A stretch of DNA of 64,000 bases from NCBI GenBank assembly GCA_951406725.2, contig OX597815.1:141856001-141920000 (forward strand). The letters are read 5' to 3'. Each line of letters starts with the position of its first letter. Position 1 is the stretch's first letter. The notes beneath the pieces were generated by a model. That model was not told where the DNA came from. It saw only the letters and a list, made by a program, of their open reading frames with translations, and did not search any database. Made by a program: the position numbers and the translations under genes. This stretch comes from Octopus vulgaris (taxonomy: Eukaryota). This document shows positions 1-12,490 of the stretch, one piece after another.

Positions 1-2325
1 TACTAAAAGTATACTGCCTGAATTAGGACGTGGAATAACCGTTTCAAAATACGCAGATACCGCCATAATGTCGAACACCAGACGCATAGGCATTTATGCA
101 GTTTCTGATGTCAGCATTTCAGGTGATTATTATCTTTAGTATGTCTTCAATTATGGTGTAAAAAAAGCAATAAAATAAAACGTTTCTTTCTCTAAAGGCA
201 ATCCCATTGTTAGTAAATATAAATAAGTTAATATTTATAACCCTTAATTTCAATGTTTAATTTCCTTGCTTACTTAATATTTTTTTCTTTATTCTGTTAC
301 TGTTTCTGCAACCTGTATGGTTAGCAATCCCGTCTGTCTGCACATTTACATTGTCATTTGTATAATAAAAGAGTTCATTTGTAACGATCACTCGACTGTT
401 ACATTCCTCTCTTTCAATTAACTGACGAAATGTCCCTGAATAACTTTTTAACATCTCAATACAGTTTGTTGTAACAGCTTTGTGAGTCTGCTCGTACTAT
501 ACCTATAAAAGACAGTTTACAATTATAAGAAAAGACTCCAATAAAAACAAATATTCCCCGGATAATTTAATGAGTATTTATGGTGCTTTCCTTATCATAA
601 TACTGACTGTTATAAAAATAGAATTAAACGAGATCTTTATAACAATAGAAAATCTATCAACCTCATAGCAAAACACATTAGAGTGTTTATCAAACCACTT
701 AGCTGCTATATACCTACCATCAGCAATACAATAGAAGTTGTACAATCCGCTATAATATTGTTTAAAAATGACAACAACAACAGAAATTTGCATAATTTGG
801 CAACATTAAATAATAGGAAAGCTAAAATGCATTATATTGAATGGAAGAAGATACCAGAAAATCAAAAGGCAGTATTGATTTCTTTGTCTAACTACAAGAC
901 CGGTGATTTAATTAGACGGAGGACCGAAAATATATTCATGATTGTCCGAACACTTTCAATGTAATTATTTTAACTTATCATAAAATATACACTGCTTTAA
1001 ATTTTCTACAATAAGTGTAACATCTTTAATTTTTGTATTTATTTCGTTGCTGAAAACTATTTCGTGTTTCAAAAATATTCTTATTTTGTGTTTCGCATAG
1101 CTGCCTCTGAGTTTAACCTTTTTTGAAATAAGGGTTATTCAGTCAACCATCATATTGATTGTTGAATTCCTATTGTTGTTATGTTCGATCTCCAACTCAT
1201 TCTTTTCGAACTAACCTATAAATAAAACTGTACAATTTTTGGCCACTCACTTCTTTAAACGCAGAAGTATATCTAAGCGCGCATTGTCTAGCATTTCCTT
1301 CCCTTTTACAAATGCAGTTATTTTTCTTTTATATCGAGGTGAATGGATTGCGATTTTTAACGTGTTATATAACTTATTCATTCGTGTGTATGCAATCGAG
1401 AAACTAATCCTTCACACTGGTGCCTTTTCATATTTTACATAATTACTATAATATTCATGATCTTTAAACATAGAATTTCAAGCAACTTCTAAAATTTACT
1501 CGCTTGATATTGGCTTCAAATTGATTTTATGCTTTACTCTCTATCACCTAGCTTACTCCTTTCTTTTTTCTTTACACTCATATACAAACAAAATGTCTGC
1601 TGAAGGGTTTTGGACTTAGAGAAAACTTAATCCAATTTATTATATTTCTTCTGTAACACATAAGTAGTGAGCCATATGTTAATCAAACAGTTATTTTTAC
1701 TTTAGTTATTATGTTCTCAACAATTACCATTCTCTGATCTATCATTTTCGAATACATCTGCAACGAGATCAAAATAGTTACCAGGTACTTTGGGAATCCC
1801 CGTTTTCCCTTCTTAAACTATTTATATACAGAATATTATTTTTCGAGCAAACGGGTCCTTCGATTTCAAATTCTGTGTAATTTAGTAAAGATGACTAGTT
1901 ATTGTCTCCATCCACCTCACATATATCTTCTGATGAATTATATATACCGAAATACTTCCTATTTTTGATAATCTACAAAAGCCAGAAACATTCACTTTCA
2001 GGTACCCACAGCACAATCAAAAGATGGCAGTGCAAAGTGATAGTTAAACACGATAAAAATAACAAGCAAAAATGGATTTTTGGTTGTTATTTGTATCGTG
2101 TACTCTCTTTAATAATGACAAATCATTGATTATTGTACTACTAGATACACTGTTTCGAATACTGACGAAATGTTTTGGATGGGATGTCTTTGATAATATC
2201 ACCGTTCATTTTTATTTCGTCTGTTTCAAACAATAATATTCAGCGATTTATCAAAATATCTGCCGACTTTGTTCGTCTTCTTCTTTTGCTTCCTCTCTCA
2301 CCCTCTCTCTTTCTCTCTCTTTCGC

Positions 2326-2365
<40 letters not shown>

Positions 2366-3309
2366 GCGGCAGTTTTGTTTGAAATTAATCAATCCTCACA
2401 TATCTAAACCTTTTCAATAGCGATATATGCACTCACATCAAAGCGAGCAGATAAATTCGTTGGCACGACAAAGTGCTTAGTGGCATTCTTTGTGTTCGGC
2501 TTTATATTTGGGGTCGAGGAAATTGAGTAAATGCGCATCGAAAGAAAATTTTACGTTTTGTTTTTGAAGTAAAAGCAATGCATATACGCACTTTATTGAT
2601 GGCCCTCAAACTGTCAGCGAAGGTGTGTACTGCGATTATAAGGTTTTCAGTTATTGTTGATATTTATATACAATTTATCTACCTCCCTTCCACTTAACGT
2701 AATTAAGCAGTCAACCTAAAACGCTTATGAGTTCGAATCTAACTCATTTGGGTATAGATTTCTGATAGATCACAGCAACTACATATCAAACTTTCAAAAC
2801 GAGTAACAGAATACATTTTACGTGTGTTAATAACCTGATCTAACCGTATTATTCTAAACATTTGTGACTACGAAGCATTCTTTACCATTTATAAGCCTGG
2901 TCCCAGACCAAATCATTAATGCCAATTTGCAGTTACTATCTCTGTAATAACTGTCTTGGTTTCACAGATACAGAATGAGATATTCAATAACACTAATGAT
3001 ATCAGTAATTAGAGAGTATTCAGTTACATAGTACCTAGATGCGAGTAGAATCATCAATGCCAAGAAATATACAAAGGTGGTCGTACAGAAATAGACTGTT
3101 ACACATGTACACATTTATGTTCACGCATTCATACAAAAACGTGTCTATGACTGTGTACCTATGAATCGTACGACACGTGTGTTAGTAAGAATATCATTTA
3201 TGTTATAAGAAGAACCTGAAGTATAATGATGCTAAATAACTGCAACTATAGAATATAGACTCAAATATTTTGGAAAAATAATGTAACTAATAAATAAATA
3301 TCCCTTAGT

Positions 3310-3452
3310 AATTAAACAGCCAGCTTCCTAAAGATTTCATCTGAATGAAACAGTTCTAGTCCTGTAGAAGCTCCTTCTATAAAATAAATTACTTTACTCT
3401 GCTATGTATTGAGTACCTTATTTACTGTGGTTAACCCCGACTCAACCCGGGA

Positions 3453-3456
<4 letters not shown>
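3310..3456 (+). mobile_element. Short hammerhead-bearing repeat (family X, Penelope pLTR/retrozyme-like), monomer copy
   Basis: Reverse complement matches 38991-39120 and 56528-56660 (gtaggtcccgggtt..ggggttaaccacagtaa.taaggtactcaatacatagcagagt). Ends against a (TA)n tract. Left boundary approximate. Confidence 0.8.
3322..3372 (+). ncRNA. Type I hammerhead ribozyme motif, core mutated (CUAAAGA)
   Basis: agcttc CTAAAGA t-ttc-atct-gaa-t GAAA cag-ttctagtc-ctG TA gaagct. Stems I, II and III all pair, but the G5 position is A. Confidence 0.65.
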
Positions 3457-3509
<53 letters not shown>

Positions 3510-3511
3510 TA

Positions 3512-3550
<39 letters not shown>
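3454..3550. repeat. (TA)n microsatellite
   Basis: Direct reading of the sequence. Confidence 0.95.
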
Positions 3551-3922
<372 letters not shown>

Positions 3923-4724
3923 AATTTCTGCATGTATATGTGTAAATAAATATGCATATAAGTGTGAGTTTTTATGTTTGAATCTGTGCGTTTTCATTAT
4001 AAATTAAACGCACTTGAAATATCCTAGCTGCTATTTCGATGCTAATTTCAAGTATCTGTGAGAAGAAAATTTTCTTTTTTCTTATAAATGCATTTCGCAT
4101 ATTTCAATTCTCAAGCACTTCCGTATATATATATATTGATATTAACGCTAACTGCATTGTCCCAGCTTTAGCATCAATTTTAAAACATAAAGGAAAATAT
4201 AACGGAATATTGTATATTACCTGTGCGTACCTTTTGAAGTATCTACTTCCATTTCAAAATAGCGCTGGGAAATTGAAGTTATCACAAGATGTGCTCGAAT
4301 TTATGTGTTTTCAAAATATATTTTGGAAGAAATATGTGTCTACTTTTTGTAGCTAGCGAGATCAATTCAATTCTTTTGTCAAATAAATTATCAGCGTCGT
4401 CATAATCTATTACACATATTTACTTGCTGTTGTAGCATACTGTAAACGACCTTTTTAGAATTCCGTGAAGACGTTGAATATCATATCCTTAAGACATTTA
4501 TCAAAATTGATGATATCTCTATATCAATATAATGTGAAATTTCAATATATATTAATACAAGACAAAATGTGAAACACACTCCACACTCTGTATGTTTGTC
4601 ATTCATTTATGTAATATCAATGAATTTGCATGATCAGACGAAAAACAAATTCTGTAGTTGCAATTATTGGATCGACAACTCAGTCGTTTCTGTTATAAAT
4701 GCATTTTATAACTAAGCAGAGTAA

Positions 4725-5010
4725 AAGCGTGTAGCTTAGTGTTTAGGGTATTCTGCTCAGGGCTTGATGGTCATGTATGTGACTTGTGGCGGTAAGGGCT
4801 TTCATGCCACTCATCTGGCAAAAATGAGTTGTACCTGTAGTTTAAATGACGAGTCTTGCATCATTCTGTGCCACACTGAATCTCCCTGAGAACCACGTTA
4901 ATGGTACATTTGTCAGTGGAGTGCTCAGTCACTTGCACTTCAATTTCACAAGCATGCTCTTTCGTTGATAGGGTCAACTGGAACCCTCGTCGTCACAACC
5001 GATGGAATGC
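4725..5010 (+). mobile_element. Degraded tRNA-derived SINE with a family C-like head and a different 3' part
   Basis: gcgtgtagcttagtgtttagggt head and ccactcatctggcaaaaatgagt core resemble family C. Confidence 0.5.
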
Positions 5011-5574
5011 TAGATTGATCTTTAGAACTATGCAGAAAAGATTCAGTAGATGCAATGAAATGGAGTTCCACTCCATAATACTGACGTGTCTTATAAATTC
5101 GATATCTGGTGAAATAACTGTAATGTATTGATATCAAGTAAATATATTCTCTGCATTTAAAAAAATAATTGTAGTTTATTAGCAACGGAGGTTAATATTT
5201 CAAAGGGACAATAATTTGTTAGAATTGGTAGATCTCCAGATCAACTGTCATACTAGTTAATGCATTTTACGTTCGGTGTTTAAATACTACTATTGTAAAG
5301 AATGATTTTTCTCATCTTCTATAAAATAAAACTACAGAGAAATACATTAATGGGATGCGTCGAAACGAAAAGTATTCCTGAGTATGCTGTATCCAACTCT
5401 TAGGGGAATAACAGATAGAACTTTTCAGATATTTCTGTTGGAGATTATATCATAAATGAGAGTAGGGTATAGCTGTTGTCATCTACCCAAAATTGGTTTC
5501 ATGTAGATGTAGAAGAGCCAAGCCTGTAGAAAACATCTATAGAAACGAATGGCAACAAAATATATGGTCAATGC

Positions 5575-5785
5575 AAAGAGCCGGTAGAATCGTTAGCACG
5601 CTGGGCGAAATGCTTAACGGCATAGCATTCGCTTCATGTTCTGAACTACAATTCCACGGAGATCGACTTTAGCATTCATCCTTTTGCAGTCGATAAAATA
5701 AGTATTAGTTAAAAAGTAGTGTTGACGTCATCGACTGAGGCCCTCCACCAAAATTACTGGCCTTGTGTCAAAATTTAAAATCAAT
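5575..5785 (+). mobile_element. tRNA-derived SINE, family A (diverged)
   Basis: gttagcacgctgggcgaaatgcttaacgg..gatcgactttagcattcatcctttt..gtcgataaaataagta matches other family A copies (22200-22432, 29490-29705, 54830-55060). Confidence 0.85.
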
Positions 5786-6159
5786 AAAATATATGGTAAA
5801 TGTTTTAGGGAATGCGGAAGAGGAGATTCCTGACACTTGGAGAAACTGTTAATGTAGCATTGAAATGTATATAATATTGTTGAGTATTTAGCCAAATAGC
5901 AACACAATAGCTTTACCCAGTGTTATTTACGAATGAACCTGAGTCAAAATTATTTATTTGAACTCATATATAGCGAAGGAGTCAGATTCCTTTATGGAAA
6001 GAGGGCATTTCGATTGTAATATTTTATATCATGTACGTTAAATAGAGTACTCAGAAAGTGTCCAGAAAACCGCATTAACTATGTGAAAGTAAATATCAAT
6101 AATATTCTCGCTTTCCGTTTATTGAGAATATATGACAACACAACGATCTCACTTATAAT

Positions 6160-6372
6160 GATTTCATATTTTGACACAATGCCAGTAATTTAGGGAGAGT
6201 GGGGTAGTCGATTACATCGACCGCAGTACTCAACTGGTAATTGTTTTATCGACTGCGAAAGGATAAAAAATGAAGTCGATCTCAGCGGAATTTGAACGCA
6301 AGAAGTAAAGATGGATGAAATGCCGCTAAACATTTGCCCGGCCTGCTAACGATTCTAACAGCTCGCCACCTT
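6160..6372 (-). mobile_element. tRNA-derived SINE, family A (diverged)
   Basis: Reverse complement of the family A body; ends with cccggcctgctaacgattctaacagctcgccacctt. Confidence 0.85.
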
Positions 6373-8869
6373 CATCTCACTAATGATGAAATGGAATATA
6401 TTTTCCCTAAATTTTTTAAGATAAAACCTACCAAAGCAGTATCTGATAAACTATGTATTACAAAATAAGGTCTATATTTATATTGAATTCTAAATCATAT
6501 TTTTTACAAAGATCACTAACACCTATATTCCCGGATGGTAATCATGTAACATACTATGGATTGAGTATTTTACTTCCAGTAAACTATGTACTTACTCAAC
6601 ACTCTGGCGCAGAGTAAACGCACATCAGCAGGAATGAAGCAGACCGTTTCAGACACTAGCAAGGACATCATTAATCATACAAATAGTCACTGAAAGAAAA
6701 TATAGTGAAAATTTTCAAATCTTGCTTGAATCATAATATACACGTTGCTCTTAATGCTGAGCGTGCAGTTTATGCCGCTTATATATTCAAGGTCTTTAGT
6801 TTAAAGTAAACCAAAATAAACAAAAAATACGTGATGATTGGTAAGACAAATGAAAGAACATTTGCAATATATATATACGCTGTTTGTTTAACTGTGTTAG
6901 AAGATTTTCAAATCAAACAGAAAGCAAAACCCACTTACTAAACAGAACATAATTAATTTAAAAGTCTCTAAATAAATCTTTTCAAAATGAGAGACAATGG
7001 GGTTTTGTAAACACACACAGCTTCACATTCACAACACCGGTTCGACAATTTATAAAATAATGTTTTATCATAAGTAACATTACCATAAACTAATATATAG
7101 AAAGCATTATCTAGAGGACTAATGCTATCTAAAATTAGAACGGATTAATAATTAAACACCCGGAGTAGAAACGTGCCTGATAAATATTACTTTCAAACAT
7201 AGGATTGGTCGTGTTAGTTTGATCGAAGCCTTCTATGATCAGAGTTATTTCCCTATGAAGTGAAACCAGGCCTAAAATACATTATGTCTCTTTTAAGAAG
7301 ATAGCTTGCTATCAACAATGGTGATTATACGAAATCTCCTACATTTTGAATGGTTAGTGAAGTGGGAAACGACAGAAAGTAATTTAACCTTTACTGCAGT
7401 AATCAAAATAAAATGAAATATAAAGTTTTACCGGTTTAAGGCATAAAATATAGTGTCAGTGTTAAGCCCAGAACAACGAGATCTTGACTTTGATATTCGA
7501 ACAAATGCTGATAAAACATACATAAGTATTGTAGCCGACCCATTTGACTAAACAAACCTTCCAGACGGTGAATGGCCGCAGTCTAATGACTGAAATAAGT
7601 AAAAAGGTGAAAGATAGAAGATAACGTGTCTAACATTTCTACTTGTATACATGTTTGGCTATATCGCATGAGTTATTCATATACTGGCGAGTCAGGTGAC
7701 AACGTGTTTTAAGACTATTAACGCTGATTTTTTGTTACAATTGACAACTTACTTTGAATGCCATTTCTTACAGGTATTCTATATATATTCTATACTAAGT
7801 CTGAATCAGCTGGCAATTCAACATTATCTGTCATGATAAACACACCAGTGCGATATTTGAATGAAGAAAATTTCTTATGCCAGAAGTGAAATTTAAGTGG
7901 AATGTGACTCATAAACTGTCAGCTAATTAACAAAAATCTACATAAAATATCCTGTAATTCAATTTCTATTTGATAAAGTTCTGTAAGGCCCAATACGCAG
8001 TTTGATCTGATTTATACCCAAAATTACTTCCACGCGCTTCTGGTGTGTTTTACATACTTCTATGTCTAAAGGTTGAACGCCTAGTTATAAAATCATTCAA
8101 ACTATTGTTATATTCGCCTCAGAGAAACATGGCATGTAAATTCAAATTCAGATTGAATGAAAAAAATATACCCACATTGCTATGATGGGTGAAGTGAAAC
8201 TCAAATATAATTAAGTGAATCAAAGTGCCTGATAAATTAATTTTGCGGTCGCTATCGCAATGAACAGAGATATGGTTCAGGCTTATGGAACAAATTCAAT
8301 AAAATCTTCATCTGATTGTCGATAGCATTGCATGACATTAAAAAAAAAGGATTTGATATAATGTTATGGCAGAAGCTTATAAAAGAATATGATGTTTATC
8401 GATTTTCTCAACTAGAGTCGAGTGTGTGCCGATGCTGAAATGATAGAGTTTTTACAAGTTTTGAGTACAAGAAAAGAAAAACTATTTTTACCGATCGACT
8501 CAACATTTTAATACATTTCAATGCTTCATTAAAATGCATTATGTCTATTGCCTCTGATATTCGTATCCACTTTATTGCTTGAACATGGCTGATTTGCCCT
8601 CCCATCCGGCCACGCACGATGTAATGTCAGCACTGTTTCTTGAAACAACCCTTAATTTCATCTCTTTTATCTTTATTTTTTTTCATAAACAGTTCTTCTT
8701 TATACTTATCTTTGATACGCAGATTCTTCATTCGTTTCCACTCTTAAATACCTTACTCTCATTAATCATTTCCACCCGTCTCGTTCGTTTCGACTCTAAA
8801 CTACCACCACTCATTCAATATTTCTATCCGCTTCTTCCAATGCCTGTCCCCATCTATTCTCTTTAAAAC

Positions 8870-9957
<1,088 letters not shown>

Positions 9958-9977
9958 AGAAGAGGAAGATGATGAAA

Positions 9978-10434
9978 TACAGTACCAGGCAGTGTCTCTC
10001 ATGGCTTCTGATTTTAAGTGATTGGAAGTATTATCATGTACATTGTTTTGTCTTGTTATAAAAGATGGGATACAGCAAATATTCTGCTTAAACCCCAGAT
10101 TTGCTTGTCAGTTGCTTGACCTTATCCAGTTGAACATGTCCCTTAGTGGCCGACGATATGTGCATTTCTGATCAGAGGCAGAATTAGTGGGGAGCATCAT
10201 AGCCATATTTTGAGAGATATTCTTTCGGGTTTGAATAATTGACGTTTGGCAATATGGGTTTTTCGTTCAACATCTTTAAACAACCCTTATTCAGGGATCT
10301 TTTGAGCGGGATTGGTTACTCGACGCAACAAAAATTCTAACTGGACCCCCACCTGCAAGGTCGTGCGCAGTACATTTTGATATGAGATTACAATGTTGCG
10401 CACATATGATTGTGATTCATTTACCTAGTGTACA
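9978..10434 (+). mobile_element. Non-coding (TAA)n-associated interspersed repeat, older copy
   Basis: Inverted homologue of 10700-11128. Further fragments lie at 12305-12392 and 45943-46070. Confidence 0.8.
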
Positions 10435-10607
10435 AAACCAAATATATGCCATCCTACGCATAACATCAACATGAACTTCCAGCTTGTTGTCTCTTGAGGT
10501 ATCTGGGTGAGACTTAGATCCAACTAGTAAAAATGTAAAGCAAACGTCAAGCATAAAAAAAAATAATAATAATAATATTATAATCATTATTATTATTATT
10601 ATTATTA

Positions 10608-11128
10608 TTGAGTGAGAGAGCAGTTCATGCCATCAACGTGACACTGGGGTAAAATATACGAAGCCCATCATGACTACCCGTCTGATAAAGGTACACCAGG
10701 CACATGCATCACAACCATATGTGCGCGACATGGTGATCTCATATCAAGAAAAACAGCACATGACCTTGCAGGTGGGGCCCAGTTAGAATCTTCTTCAGGT
10801 TGAGTAGCCCATCCCGCTCAAACGGTCCCTGAATAAGGGTTGTTTAAGGATGTTGAAAAAACCACCCATGTTTCCAGAGGTGAATTATTCAAACCCCAAA
10901 GAATCCCTCTCAACACATGGCTATGATGCTCCCCACTACTTCTGCTCGTGATCAGAGATGCACATATCGTCAGCCACTAAGGGACATGCTCAACTGGTTA
11001 AGGTCAAGCAACTGACAAGCAAATCTGTGGTATTGAGCAGAATATTTGCTGTAGCCCATCTTTTATACCAAGACAAAACAATGTACATGATAACACTTCC
11101 AATCAGTTAAGATCAGAAGCCATGAGAG
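10608..11128 (-). mobile_element. Non-coding (TAA)n-associated interspersed repeat with (AAT)n tail
   Basis: Flanked on both sides by (ATT)n. Its 3' end (ccccagtgtcac.ttgatggcatg.actgctctctcactcaataat) matches 45943-46070. Confidence 0.8.
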
Positions 11129-11138
11129 CATTATTATT

Positions 11139-11199
<61 letters not shown>

Positions 11200-11389
11200 G
11201 TAAAACTGTCACAACCTTTCAGTTCATGTGGCAGGACTTCATTTTTCCAGATGTCCATATATTGACTCTGTGAGTCAATTAATTCACATAAGTGGTCACA
11301 TAAGTGGCAAAGAGGATATCGGTCTATAATGCTATTTTTAGAAGTAAGAAGTCCAGGCATGTGTAGGATGGAAGATTGCAAACATAAAG

Positions 11390-12285
11390 CAATATACAAG
11401 CAATTGAAAACGAATGGAACTGAAAACGAATGGAACTGAAAAAATTAAGGTAAAGAAAAGAATGCATGGTCAATTTCATAGAGATGATGAGGATAAGACA
11501 GACAGAGAAAAATATGGATGTGGATGATTAAGAGCGATTGAAAACCGGAAATGGAAGCTCTAATCTGTGCTGCCGCCTACGTCCAAGCACTAAGAACAAA
11601 TTACATAAAATAGAGAATAGAGAACACATCAGGCAGTGAGAAGTGCTGAATTTGTTGACAAAATGATGAAACCGTATGGCATATTACCAGCCAATGTACG
11701 ACACTAGCCCATAAGAAATATAAGAGAGGCCACGGCAATATAGCCAGGCTGCAACAAGTATGGGCATGACAGATTAAAACATTGGTACGAGTATAAACCC
11801 GAAGGCATCATAGGAAATTGATAATGAAAAGATCCTGTGGAATTTTATCATTCAGTGCGACCATGAGATAGAGAATAGGAAACCAGACATAGTCTTAATT
11901 TAGAAAGAAAACAAACTATGCTGGATGATATATGTAGCATGCCCAGCTGACAACAAGTTATGCGATAAGGAAGAAAGAAATGTCGTTAGATATGACAGGT
12001 TAGCTTGTGAGGTTAAGCAGTTGTGATCGATGAAAAAGGTGGTAGCAGCAGCAATAATTGTCGGAGCCCTGGGAACAGTGAGTAAAAATTTCGATAATTA
12101 CATGGAACAAATAGGTGCTGTAATAAGCGTAGAGCACTTTCAGAAAACAAGACTGCTTGGAACTGCTCGAATACTCCGGAAGGTACTCGAAAAATAAGTG
12201 ATGTTACCTTAGTTCACTGGTAGTGAACACCTGAAACCGTATTACATCTCCAGCCTTAGGAGCTATGCAAAGGCAATAATAATAA
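11390..12285 (+). pseudogene. R4/Dong-type LINE 3' part: CCHC knuckle, restriction-like endonuclease and 3' UTR (degraded)
   Basis: Reads KRMHGQF..LKPEMEALICAA..QALRTNYIK..C*IC*QNDETVWHITSQC..WYEYKPEG..KILWNFIIQCDHEIENRKPDIVLI..IIVGALGTVSK..QKTRLLGTARILRKVLEK*, with many stops and frameshifts; (AAT)n tail. Confidence 0.85.
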
Positions 12286-12397
12286 GAATAATAGTCTTAT
12301 TATGATAGCAAATATTCTGCTCAAAACCACAAATTTGCTTGTCAGTGGTTTGACCATAAGCAGTTAAGCATGTCTCATTGTGGATGACGATATTTTC

Positions 12398-12490
12398 TTT
12401 ACAAGTACAAAGAATGTGAGTCACATTTTTGGCCCTTTTCCCACGCATTCTGCAGATATCCGTTGCATTTGTGTGGTATATATTCTTCAC
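12398..12490 (-). pseudogene. Small CCHC zinc-knuckle fragment of an RLE-type LINE
   Basis: TDICRMRGKRAKNVTHILCTC resembles the CRxCxxxxETxxHIxxxC motif. Confidence 0.5.

Noticed and set aside
2-139. Plus-strand open frame TKSILPELGRGITVSKYADTAIMSNTRRIGIYAVSDVSISG with a possible donor at 122/123
   Set aside because: Looks coding-like but is cut by the window edge, the antisense frame is also open, no homologue is recognised and I found no compatible downstream exon.
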